Source: Candidatus Methylomirabilota bacterium (GTDB lineage Bacteria > Methylomirabilota > Methylomirabilia > Rokubacteriales > CSP1-6). Taken from it: a DNA stretch of 37,618 bases. Numbering within the stretch: position 1 is the first letter of the stretch; each line of letters opens with the position of its first letter. Location of the stretch: contig JBKPAK010000292.1 of the NCBI GenBank assembly GCA_046726415.1, positions 1 to 37,618 of the forward strand. Direction: 5' to 3'. This document shows, one piece after another, positions 8,773 through 17,414 of this stretch. A model generated the notes under the pieces. The model had not been told where the DNA came from and made no database searches. It saw only the letters and a program-made list of their open reading frames with translations. The translations under genes were made by a program, and so were the position numbers.

Positions 8773-9777
8773 ATGGCGCTGGCCATCCGCGCTAGCCTCC
8801 GCGTCAACAATGACTTGACGATCGACGACTACGTGGCCATCGCTCGTGCCGCCGAGCGTGCCGGCATCGACCAGGTTTGGATCAGCAACGATCTCTTCTT
8901 CCGGAGCGCCCCCGTGCTTCTCGCCGCCGTCGCGCGCGCCACCGAGCGCATCGAGCTCGGCACGTGCGTCCTGAACCCTCACACGATCCATCCCGCCGAG
9001 CTGGCCATGCTGGCGGCCACCATGGACGAACTTTCCGTCGGGCGCTTCAACCTGGGACTGGCCGCCGGCGCCGCTGACTTTCTGGCATGGGTCGGCATCG
9101 ACGACCGCCGCCCGGTGAGGACCATGCGGGAAACCGTGCGGACGATCCGCGCCTGGCTTGCGGGCGGGCGGGCCCCGCTCGGCCGCTTCGTCGCCGAGCC
9201 GGAGGCCGCGTATCTGCGTTTCGCCCCGCGCCGCGTGCCGCCGATCTACCTCGGCGCCATGGGCCCGGCGATGCTGCGCCTGGCCGGCGAGGTGGCCGAC
9301 GGTGTATTGCCGTTGCTGCTCCCGCCCGAGCACTACTTCACCGTGCGCCCCCACATTGAGGAGGGCCGCCGTCAGCGCGATCCCGCCCTCGGCGATCTCG
9401 ACGTCGTCGCCTGCCTTTGGGTCTCGCTCAGCGCCGACGCCAGCGCCGCCCGTCGCGCGCTCGCCGAAAAGATCGCCTACTACGGCCACGCGCTCGGTCC
9501 ACTGATCCTCGAGCGGCTCGGCCTCACCCGGAAGGATTTCGCCCCGATCGCGCGCGCGGTCACCGTCGAGCGCAACCTCTACCGCGGAGGCGCCATGGTG
9601 GACGAGCGCATGTTGCGCATCGGCGTGGCCGGCCCCCCTACCGCGCTGATCGCGCGCCTACGGCCACTCGTGGAGGCCGGCATGGACCACGTCTCCTTCG
9701 GGCCGCCGCTGGGACCCGACCCGCTCCGCGCGGTCGAGCTGCTCGGGGGCGAAGTCCTGCCGGCGCTGCGTGGCTGA
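8773..9777 (+). CDS. LLM-class oxidoreductase, Mer (methylene-H4MPT reductase)-like
   Basis: AERAGIDQVW, LGTCVLNPHTIHP, ELSVGRFNLGL, PPIYLGAMGPAMLRLAGEVADGVL, C-terminal SFGPPLGPD. Confidence 0.88.
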   Translation: MALAIRASLRVNNDLTIDDYVAIARAAERAGIDQVWISNDLFFRSAPVLLAAVARATERIELGTCVLNPHTIHPAELAMLAATMDELSVGRFNLGLAAGAADFLAWVGIDDRRPVRTMRETVRTIRAWLAGGRAPLGRFVAEPEAAYLRFAPRRVPPIYLGAMGPAMLRLAGEVADGVLPLLLPPEHYFTVRPHIEEGRRQRDPALGDLDVVACLWVSLSADASAARRALAEKIAYYGHALGPLILERLGLTRKDFAPIARAVTVERNLYRGGAMVDERMLRIGVAGPPTALIARLRPLVEAGMDHVSFGPPLGPDPLRAVELLGGEVLPALRG

Positions 9778-9781
9778 GGAG

Positions 9782-10453
9782 CTACCGGGGGCCGGCCGCG
9801 CTGCGCATGTCCCGGATGACCTTGGCGGGATCCGTGGCCTGGAAAACGGCGGAGCCGGCCACCAGGATCGAGGCACCGTGTTCGACGAGCGGACGCGCAT
9901 GCTCGACCTTCACACCGCCGTCGATGGACACGTCCACCGCCCGGGCGCCCAGCAGCGTGCGGATCTGCCTGATCTTTGGATACACCGCGGGGAGGAACGC
10001 CTGGCCTCCGAAGCCCGGATTGACGGACATCACGAGGATCAGGTCGAGGTCGTCCAGGACGTAGTCGAGCGCCTTCGGATGCGTGCCCGGATTGAGGGCC
10101 GCCCCGGCCTTGACCCCCGCGCCGCGCTTCTCGCTCAGCTCGCGGATCTGCGCGAGCGTGCGCGGTAAGTGCGGGCAGACCTCCACGTGCACGGTCAGCA
10201 GATCGGCGCCGGCGGCAGCGAAGTCGGCCAGGTAGCGCTCCGGTTCGACGATCATGAGATGCAAGTCGAGGGGGAGGCGCGTGCGCTTGCGAACCGCTTC
10301 GAGGACGGGGAATCCCATGGAGATGTTGGGGACGAAGCGGCCGTCCATCACGTCGATGTGGATCTGATCGGCCCCCGCCGCTTCCACCCGTGCGATCTCC
10401 TCTCCGAGGATCCCGAAGTCGGCGGCGAGAATCGACGGCGCGATTTTGACCAT
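9782..10453 (-). CDS. rpe: Ribulose-phosphate 3-epimerase
   Basis: IAPSILAADF, HIDVMDGRFVPN, DLHLM, MSVNPGFGGQ, IDGGV, VAGSAVF. Confidence 0.98.
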   Translation of the reverse strand: MVKIAPSILAADFGILGEEIARVEAAGADQIHIDVMDGRFVPNISMGFPVLEAVRKRTRLPLDLHLMIVEPERYLADFAAAGADLLTVHVEVCPHLPRTLAQIRELSEKRGAGVKAGAALNPGTHPKALDYVLDDLDLILVMSVNPGFGGQAFLPAVYPKIRQIRTLLGARAVDVSIDGGVKVEHARPLVEHGASILVAGSAVFQATDPAKVIRDMRSAAGPR

Positions 10454-10522
10454 GCGTCACTTATACCGCGTCGGTCCGCGCGATCATAGCGCCGGGGCTC
10501 GGCAGCATCCACGTCTGAGGCC

Positions 10523-11869
10523 TCACGGCGCCCGGCGCAGGCGCACGGCCGTAAATCCGTCGGTGCCGTGGCGATGGGGCAGACAGCGGAGGATGCCGAT
10601 CTCGTCGAGGGCGATGGGAAAGGCGCGGGGCGGATCGATTGCGAGGTCGGTCCGCGCGGCGAGCAGATCGCGCACGACCGCCTCGTTCTCCTCCGGCTCG
10701 AGCGAGCACGTCGCGTAGACGAGGCGCCCGCCCCGCTTCACCAAGGTCGCGGCGGCCCGGAGAATGGTGCGCTGGCTCACGGCATTGTCGGCCAGATCGG
10801 CCGGTTGCCGGCGCCACTTCACTTCGGGATGTCGCCGCAGGACGCCGAGATTCGAGCAGGGAGCGTCGACGAGGACGACGTCGCAGGAGCCGGCATGTTC
10901 GAGCGCCCGCGACTCCACCGAACCGTCCCGCGCCTGCACGATGGAGATTCCCAGCCTCGCGGCGGCCTCTCCGACCCGAGCCAACCGTTCCGGGTCGCGG
11001 TCGAAGGCCAGGATTCGCCCCTGATTCGCCATGAGCTGCGCGAGGTGCGTGGTCTTCGTGCCCGGCGCGGCACACACGTCGGCCACGATGTCCCCAGGCC
11101 GAGGCGCGGCGAGGTGACCGATCAGCATGGACGCTTCGTCCTGTACGACGCAGCCGCCCTCATTGAACACCCGCCACGCGGCGGGCGCCCCACCGCCATG
11201 GTCCACGACCAGGCCCTCCGAGGCGTAGCGCACGGGAGCTGGCCTGCGCGCCTCCTCGCTGGCCAAGCGCTTGGCCAGCTCGTCGCGCGACAGGCGCAAG
11301 GTATTCGCGCGGATGGTGAGCGGTGGCCGTTCATTGAGGGCCAGCATGAGCGCGCGGGCCTCGTCCAGGCCGAAGCGCTCGCTCCATCGGGCGGCCAGCC
11401 AGGTGGGAAACGAACAGCGGATGGCCAGTGCCTCGACCGCGTCTTCCGGGAAGGCGGGCTCGCGCTCGCGCGCGCCGCGCCGCGCGAAGGAGCGGAGCAC
11501 GGCGTTCACGAACCCCGTCACGCCGGGGGTGGCACCGGCGAGGCTCACGGCGTCGTCGACCGCCGCGAATGACGGCACGCGGTCCAAGAAAGCGATCTGG
11601 TAGGCCGTCATGCGGAGCAGGACCAGGACGCGGGGCTCCAACCCATGGAGCGGGCGTCGCGAATGAGGAGCAAGCACCCAGTCGAGGTAGCGTTGCCACC
11701 GGAGAGTGCCATATACCAGCTCGGTGGCGAGCGCGGTGTCGCGGGTGGCCAGCGGCCGTCGCGCGAGGGCGGCGTCGAGGGCGAGATCGGCGAAGGCGCC
11801 GTCGCGCGCGACGCGCTCCAGCGCGTGGGCCGCGACCGCTCGCGCTGGCGCGGGGCGGTGAACCCTCAC
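10523..11869 (-). CDS. rsmB: 16S rRNA m5C967 methyltransferase RsmB (Sun)
   Basis: NusB-like N-terminus (ATELVYGTLRW), VQDEAS, DVCAAPGTKT, VLVDAPCS, LVYATCSL, HGTDGF; GTG at 11869 overlaps the fmt stop. Confidence 0.95.
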   Translation of the reverse strand: MRVHRPAPARAVAAHALERVARDGAFADLALDAALARRPLATRDTALATELVYGTLRWQRYLDWVLAPHSRRPLHGLEPRVLVLLRMTAYQIAFLDRVPSFAAVDDAVSLAGATPGVTGFVNAVLRSFARRGAREREPAFPEDAVEALAIRCSFPTWLAARWSERFGLDEARALMLALNERPPLTIRANTLRLSRDELAKRLASEEARRPAPVRYASEGLVVDHGGGAPAAWRVFNEGGCVVQDEASMLIGHLAAPRPGDIVADVCAAPGTKTTHLAQLMANQGRILAFDRDPERLARVGEAAARLGISIVQARDGSVESRALEHAGSCDVVLVDAPCSNLGVLRRHPEVKWRRQPADLADNAVSQRTILRAAATLVKRGGRLVYATCSLEPEENEAVVRDLLAARTDLAIDPPRAFPIALDEIGILRCLPHRHGTDGFTAVRLRRAP

Positions 11870-12789
11870 GGCGCGGTGAAGACCGCGCCGGCCACCAGGC
11901 GCGCCCCTCGCAGGTACTCGTCCCACGCCATGACGCGGCGGCCTTCCGCCTGGACCTCACTGGGGAGCAGCCAGCCGGCGCCCGTGGCGACGGCCAGTGT
12001 TTGCGCGTGGGAGACGAGCGTGCCGGGCGTGACCGCCGCCCGACTGTCCACGGCCTCGGCTTTCCAGATCAGGAGCGGCCCCCCTGGGGTGCGTGCGCGA
12101 GCGCCTGGCCAGGGATTGCAGCCCCGCACGCGGTTCACCAGGTCTCGGCCGGGATGGCTCCACTCCAGATGCCCGTCGCTCTTCTTCAGTCGCGGAGCTA
12201 GCGTCGCCTCGGCGTGGGGCTGCGCGACGGGGGTGAGGCGGTCTAACTGCTCTAGCGCATCGAGCAATGCTCGCGCGCCCAGTTCGGCGAGCCGCACGGC
12301 CAAATCCCCAGCGGTCTCGTCCTCTTCGATCGGCGTGCGCACGGTCAGGAGGACCGGTCCCGTGTCCATGCCCTCGTCCATCTGCATGATGCTCACGCCG
12401 GTCTCCGTCTCGCCGCGGATGATGGCCCACGCGATGGGGGCGGCCCCTCGGTACCGAGGGAGCAGAGAGGCATGGACGTTGATGGAACCGCGAGGGGGCA
12501 CGTCCAGCACGGAGCGCGGCAAGATCTGGCCGAACGCGACGACGACAGCCACGTCGGGCTGGTAGGCGCGAAGGCGATCGGGCCACTCTGGATCGCGCAG
12601 GCGGGTTGGCTGCACCACGGGGATCCCCGCCGCCCGCGCGCGCTTCTTGACGGGCGACGCCGTGAGCTGTTGCCCGCGATGAGCGGGTCGATCGGGCTGG
12701 GTCACCGCGGCGACCACGGTGTGACTGCTGAGCAACGCGTCGAGCGTCGGAACCGCGAAGGCCGGCGTGCCGTAGAAGAGTACGCGCAT
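11866..12789 (-). CDS. fmt: Methionyl-tRNA formyltransferase
   Basis: FYGTPAFA, VTQPDRP, INVHASLLPRYRGAAPI, MDEGMDTG, NPWPGA. Confidence 0.98.
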   Translation of the reverse strand: MRVLFYGTPAFAVPTLDALLSSHTVVAAVTQPDRPAHRGQQLTASPVKKRARAAGIPVVQPTRLRDPEWPDRLRAYQPDVAVVVAFGQILPRSVLDVPPRGSINVHASLLPRYRGAAPIAWAIIRGETETGVSIMQMDEGMDTGPVLLTVRTPIEEDETAGDLAVRLAELGARALLDALEQLDRLTPVAQPHAEATLAPRLKKSDGHLEWSHPGRDLVNRVRGCNPWPGARARTPGGPLLIWKAEAVDSRAAVTPGTLVSHAQTLAVATGAGWLLPSEVQAEGRRVMAWDEYLRGARLVAGAVFTAP

Positions 12790-12851
12790 GCGCGGGTTCG
12801 CCGGGTCACTTTAACGCATGTTGCTGAATCGAGAAGCGCACGCCTTTATGT

Positions 12852-12899
12852 GCGCCCCGGAGTGTCGACGGGTGGGGCCGTTTCAGGGCCCCCCATGTC
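12852..12899. repeat. Dispersed GC-rich hairpin element, copy A
   Basis: gagtgtcgacgggtggggccgtttcagggccccccatgtc closely resembles 21702-21742; lies directly after the def stop. Confidence 0.75.
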
Positions 12900-13423
12900 T
12901 ACAGCGCCAAGGCGTGGTGCGCCGTATCCGGGGCGAGGCCCTCTTTCTTGATCTTGCGCTTGATGCGGTCGCGGGTGAGGGGTTCCAGGCGGTCGATGAA
13001 GAGAATCCCGTTCAAGTGGTCCATCTCGTGCTGGAACACGCGGGCCTGGAGTCCGCGAGCGTGAATGGCGACCGCCTGTCCCTCGAGATCTTGGGCCTCG
13101 AGCTTCACCCAGGCCGCACGCGTCACCGGGGCGAACACGCCCGGGATGGAGAGGCACCCTTCTTCGGCCGTCACCTGGCCTCCGCTTTCGGTGATGGCCG
13201 GGTTCACGAGCGCCCGGGCCTGACCACCTTCCTCGTCACCGACGACCATGAGGCGCAGGAGAATGCCGACCTGGGAGGCGGCCAGGCCGATACCGACCTC
13301 TTCGTACATGGTCTCGATCATGTCGTCGACGATCCTGCGGATTTCAGGCGTGATCTGAGTGATGGGCGTGGCCGTCGCGCGCAGGACGGGATCACCGTAG
13401 CGTCGTACCTTCAGAACGGCCAT
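12899..13423 (-). CDS. def: Peptide deformylase
   Basis: GIGLAASQVG, EGCLS and QHEMDHLNG motifs. Confidence 0.98.
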   Translation of the reverse strand: MAVLKVRRYGDPVLRATATPITQITPEIRRIVDDMIETMYEEVGIGLAASQVGILLRLMVVGDEEGGQARALVNPAITESGGQVTAEEGCLSIPGVFAPVTRAAWVKLEAQDLEGQAVAIHARGLQARVFQHEMDHLNGILFIDRLEPLTRDRIKRKIKKEGLAPDTAHHALAL

Positions 13424-15291
13424 TCGATCGGATCCACCTCCACATCCATGATACCCCGGGCCGGCAGCGCTGGCGGGAGGAACTCCCCGAGTGCGCTTTT
13501 GAGAACCGAAGGGAGATCCTGGTCACCCTTGATCACGACCTGACGGCTCCGGCCTCGCGCCCCCACGCTCGGTGGAGGATAGACCGTGAGGTTCGACGCG
13601 CCACGCAGCGCGGTCACGACTTCATCGGCCACCTGCTGGGATTTTTCGCTCGTCCGACCCCGCACGGTGACCACGGCGAGTCGCCGGAACGGGGGATAGC
13701 CGAGCTCTCGGCGGAACTGCAGTTCGCGTTGGTAGAACTCGGCGAGGTTTTGCCGGACGACGGCTTCGAAGACGTAGTGCGACGGATTCTGCGACTGGAT
13801 CACCATGCGGCCGTCCGGGCGGACGCGTTCGGCGGCAGCCCACAACAGGGCGAGGGTCCGCTCGCCGGCCCGGAAGTCAGGCAGGTGCAGGAGCTGATCG
13901 GGCGAGACGAAGGCGGCCAGCCCGAGCGATCCCGGCCCGAACAGGCGCAGCGCTCCGCGCGTGCCGATGACGATCTCGGCCGCGGCCGCCCCTTCGCGCT
14001 GCGCTTCGGCGCGTGCCCCGCGTGTCGCCTCGGGATCGTAGCGCGCCACGCGGGCTTTGGGAAAGCGCCGCCGTACGGCATGTTCGATCCGCTCCACGCC
14101 CCAGCCGAACGGCGAGAGCCTGTGTCCCCGGCACGCCGGGCAGAGGTCGGGAAGGGGCGTGGCGGCTGCGCATAGACGGCACACCAGCGTGACCGACGCT
14201 CGCGAGTACGCCAGCGCGATGCCGCACGCGGCGCAGCGCATCACACCACCACACTCATCGCAGGCGACCGCCGAGGCGAGGCGGCTGGCGCCGAGAAAGA
14301 CGCGGCGGCCGGCCGCTAAGGCCTCGCGGATCTCACGCGCGAGAGCGGGGGTCAGCGCCTCCCGGCGCAGGATCCCTCGCGTATCGGCAAGAGCGATGAC
14401 CGGCCAGGCCACGGACGCCGCGGCGCGCAGAGTAGCGGCTCCGGTGACGGCGCGCTGCCACATCTCCGCGCTCGGAGTGGGCGACGAAAACAGTGCGGTC
14501 AGCCCTTCTCGCCGTACGCGCTCGAGGACGACGTCGCGGGCGTGGATGCGAGGTGGCCCGGGCGGTCTGTGCGCGTTCTCGTGCTCGTCGATGACCACGA
14601 CCGTTCCCCCGGGCGGCAGGGGGGCAAGCAGCGCCGAGCGCGTGCCCACGGCAAGCCGTACCGCGCCATGACTGAGGTCGCGCCACCCCTCCGCTCGCTC
14701 GGCGTCCGTGGCGCCCGAATCGAGCCGGACGGTGCGCTCAATCTTCCCGAGCCGCTGCCACCACCGGACGCACCCGTCCAGGTCCGCGGCCAGAACGAGG
14801 ACGGGCCCCCGGACGTCGGCGATGCGCTCGAGCACGCGGCGCTCCCGGCCCGTGCCCACGAGCAACTCCACTGGCGCCCAATCGTGGTGACCTTCGCTCG
14901 TTGCGGAGAAGCCCGGCGCGAAGCGAGAGGTTTGCGGGGCCGGTGTTGCTCCCAGCGCGGATGGGGAGGTTTGCAGGGGGCGTCTCGCCCCCTCCAACGT
15001 AACCACAGTCAGCGCCGCCAAGGTCGATCCCAGACTGGACAGCGACTCCGCGGCGATCCAGCGAGCCAAGGCCAGTTGCGATGACTTTAGGATTGGTGCC
15101 CCCTCCGCCGCGCGTTCGAGATGCTTGAGGCGTTCTCCCGTATCGGCGCGCAGGGCAACGACCACACCCGTACGGAGCGTCCCCCGTAAGGGGGCAAGCA
15201 CGCGCTGACCGGAAGCCAGCGACCAACCCTCGGGCACCCGGTATGTGAAGGGCCGATCGACGGGAACGTCGAAGACGACGTCTGCGATCAT
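13411..15291 (-). CDS. priA: Primosomal protein N' (PriA) with degenerate helicase motifs
   Basis: 3'-binding domain (DVPVDRPFTYRVP), VGTRSA, four CxxC pairs, LPDFRAGER, GYPPF, C-terminal EVDPI; position between coaBC/udg and def. Confidence 0.9.
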   Translation of the reverse strand: MIADVVFDVPVDRPFTYRVPEGWSLASGQRVLAPLRGTLRTGVVVALRADTGERLKHLERAAEGAPILKSSQLALARWIAAESLSSLGSTLAALTVVTLEGARRPLQTSPSALGATPAPQTSRFAPGFSATSEGHHDWAPVELLVGTGRERRVLERIADVRGPVLVLAADLDGCVRWWQRLGKIERTVRLDSGATDAERAEGWRDLSHGAVRLAVGTRSALLAPLPPGGTVVVIDEHENAHRPPGPPRIHARDVVLERVRREGLTALFSSPTPSAEMWQRAVTGAATLRAAASVAWPVIALADTRGILRREALTPALAREIREALAAGRRVFLGASRLASAVACDECGGVMRCAACGIALAYSRASVTLVCRLCAAATPLPDLCPACRGHRLSPFGWGVERIEHAVRRRFPKARVARYDPEATRGARAEAQREGAAAAEIVIGTRGALRLFGPGSLGLAAFVSPDQLLHLPDFRAGERTLALLWAAAERVRPDGRMVIQSQNPSHYVFEAVVRQNLAEFYQRELQFRRELGYPPFRRLAVVTVRGRTSEKSQQVADEVVTALRGASNLTVYPPPSVGARGRSRQVVIKGDQDLPSVLKSALGEFLPPALPARGIMDVEVDPIEWPF

Positions 15292-15304
15292 GGACCGCCG
15301 AACG

Positions 15305-15994
15305 TCAGCTGCGTCGCCGCCGATCGTATTCCCGCTTGGCGAGCTTCAGATCCTCCCACGCCATGCGCTTGTACTCCTGCCCCGGATTGCGGAGCAAGAA
15401 CGCCGGGTGGAACGTGGGAATGAGCACGGCCGACCCGTACGGGTGCACGCGGCCGCGAAGCTTGCCGATGGCGTCCTTGCTCTTGAGCAGCGTCTGGGTT
15501 GCCACACTCCCGAGGGCCAGCACGACCTTTGGTTGGATCACCGCCAGCTCCGCCGCGAGGAACGGCGCGCACGCCGCCAATTCCTCCGTCTCCGGATTCC
15601 GATTCCCAGGGGGTCGGCACTTCACGGCGTTGGTGATGTAGACCTCGTCACGGGAGAGCTGCACCGACTCGAGCATCTTGGTGAGGAGTTGCCCCGCGCG
15701 TCCCACGAACGGCTTGCCCTGTGCGTCCTCGTCGGCGCCGGGACCCTCGCCGATCACCACGAGATCTGCCTGTGGGTTGCCACTGCCGAACACGACGGTG
15801 GTGCGGCCGTCGCAGAGCTTGCACCGCCGGCAGTTCTGTAGGCTCTTCTCTTGCGCGCGGAGCCCTTCGGCCGGGCCCTGGAGCACGTCGTCGCCGAGCG
15901 GAAGCTCACTCAGCCCCATGTCCCGGTAGTGGCGAAGCGTGGCCCCGAGCGCTCCCAGGGCATCGGCCAGCGCCGCGGCCGGCGTCGTGCTCAC
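15305..15994 (-). CDS. Uracil-DNA glycosylase, family 4 (Fe-S)
   Basis: CRRCKL, IGEGPGADED, PFVGRAGQLL, NAVKCRPPGNRNP, FHPAFLLR; GTG at 15994 overlaps the coaBC stop. Confidence 0.95.
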   Translation of the reverse strand: MSTTPAAALADALGALGATLRHYRDMGLSELPLGDDVLQGPAEGLRAQEKSLQNCRRCKLCDGRTTVVFGSGNPQADLVVIGEGPGADEDAQGKPFVGRAGQLLTKMLESVQLSRDEVYITNAVKCRPPGNRNPETEELAACAPFLAAELAVIQPKVVLALGSVATQTLLKSKDAIGKLRGRVHPYGSAVLIPTFHPAFLLRNPGQEYKRMAWEDLKLAKREYDRRRRS

Positions 15995-17202
15995 CGAGAG
16001 ACCGGCGTGGGCGCCGCGGCCCGCAGCGCCAACACGTGGCTGAAAATGGCATCGGCCACCTCGCTCTTGGGCATCCGGGGAAGCGCCCGCCGTCCCCCCC
16101 AACGGTCGAGGAGCAGCACCTCGTTGTCTTCAGCGTCAAAACCGATACCGGCCTGACTCACGTCGTTGGCCACGAGCAGGTCGATACCCTTGCTCTCCAG
16201 CTTCACTTCGGCGTTGGCCAGCACGTCGTGCGTTTCGGCCGCGAAGCCTACGATAAAGGCGCCGGTGCCAGCCGCGGCGACCTCCCTGAGGATGTCGGGG
16301 TTCGCCGTCAGGTCCAGGGTGAGGTCGTGCTTGCCCTTGATCTTGGCGATCGCGGGAGCCTTCACGCGGTAGTCCGCCACCGCTGCCGCCTTGATGATCA
16401 TTGTCGCGCCGGCGCCGTGGTGGAGCACCGCGTCGCGCATCTCCTCCGCAGTCTCCACCGGCACGAAGACTGCGTTGGGCGGAGGGGCGAGATTTGTCGG
16501 CCCGGAGACCAGCGTGACCGCTGCCCCGCGCCGAAGGGCAGCCACGGCCAGACGATACCCCATCTTTCCCGAGGAGCGGTTGGAGATGTAGCGCACCGGG
16601 TCGATCGGCTCCCGGGTCGGCCCCGCCGTCACCAGCACTCGCTCGCCGGCGAGATCGCGCGCGGGCGTGAGCGCCCGGATCAGCGCCTCGAGGATGACAT
16701 CGCTCTCCGGAAGGCGACCCTGACCGCTCAGCCCGGAGGCCAGCGGCCCGCGCTCCGGCTCCATCACAGTCACGCCGCGCTGCCGGAGGAGTGCGACGTT
16801 CGCCACCACTGCGGGGTGTTCCCACATGCCACCGTCCATGGCGGGGGCCATGATCACTGGACCTCGCGCGGCCAGCAGCAGGGTGGTGAGGGCGTCATCG
16901 GCGATGCCATGGGCCGCCTTGGCGAGCAGGTTGGCGGTGGCCGGCACGACGAGGACAGCGTCGGCGCGCTCGGCGAGTGCCACGTGCTCGACCGCCTCGT
17001 CGCTCTTCGGATCGAACAGGTTCGACAGCACGGGGAGTCCGGATAGCGTCCGGAAGGTGAGCGGGCCCACAAACTCATGGGCGTGCTCGGTCAGACAGAC
17101 GCTCACCCGAGCGCCCCGGCGCGTCAGCTCTCGGAGCAGATACACGGCCTTGTAGGCCGCAATCGATCCGGTGACCCCGAGGACGAGTACCTTGCCGTTC
17201 AC
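15991..17202 (-). CDS. coaBC: Bifunctional phosphopantothenoylcysteine decarboxylase/synthase
   Basis: GVTGSIAAYKA, PATANLLAK, TAGPTREPIDPVRYISNRSSGKMG, AAAVADY, VGFAAET, VANDV. Confidence 0.97.
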   Translation of the reverse strand: MNGKVLVLGVTGSIAAYKAVYLLRELTRRGARVSVCLTEHAHEFVGPLTFRTLSGLPVLSNLFDPKSDEAVEHVALAERADAVLVVPATANLLAKAAHGIADDALTTLLLAARGPVIMAPAMDGGMWEHPAVVANVALLRQRGVTVMEPERGPLASGLSGQGRLPESDVILEALIRALTPARDLAGERVLVTAGPTREPIDPVRYISNRSSGKMGYRLAVAALRRGAAVTLVSGPTNLAPPPNAVFVPVETAEEMRDAVLHHGAGATMIIKAAAVADYRVKAPAIAKIKGKHDLTLDLTANPDILREVAAAGTGAFIVGFAAETHDVLANAEVKLESKGIDLLVANDVSQAGIGFDAEDNEVLLLDRWGGRRALPRMPKSEVADAIFSHVLALRAAAPTPVSR

Positions 17203-17414
17203 GGCTTGGCGGCCTCGCCCTCCTCTTTCACGCGGTAGTCGACCTTGGCCGATGCGATCTCCTCGAGGGCCGTACTGGTCGGTTTGCGATAGCGCGTCTC
17301 GACGCGCGCTGCCGCGCCCCGGTTGAGCTGGCGCGCCCGCTTGGCCGCCAGCACGACGAGGAGATAGCGGTTGGACACCTTGTTCAGCGAATTCTCCAGC
17401 GAGGGAAAACCCAT
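17199..17414 (-). CDS. rpoZ: RNA polymerase omega subunit
   Basis: MGFPSLENSLNKVSNRYLLVVLAAKRARQL...KPTSTALEEI; ATG at 17414 overlaps the gmk TAA. Confidence 0.95.
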   Translation of the reverse strand: MGFPSLENSLNKVSNRYLLVVLAAKRARQLNRGAAARVETRYRKPTSTALEEIASAKVDYRVKEEGEAAKP

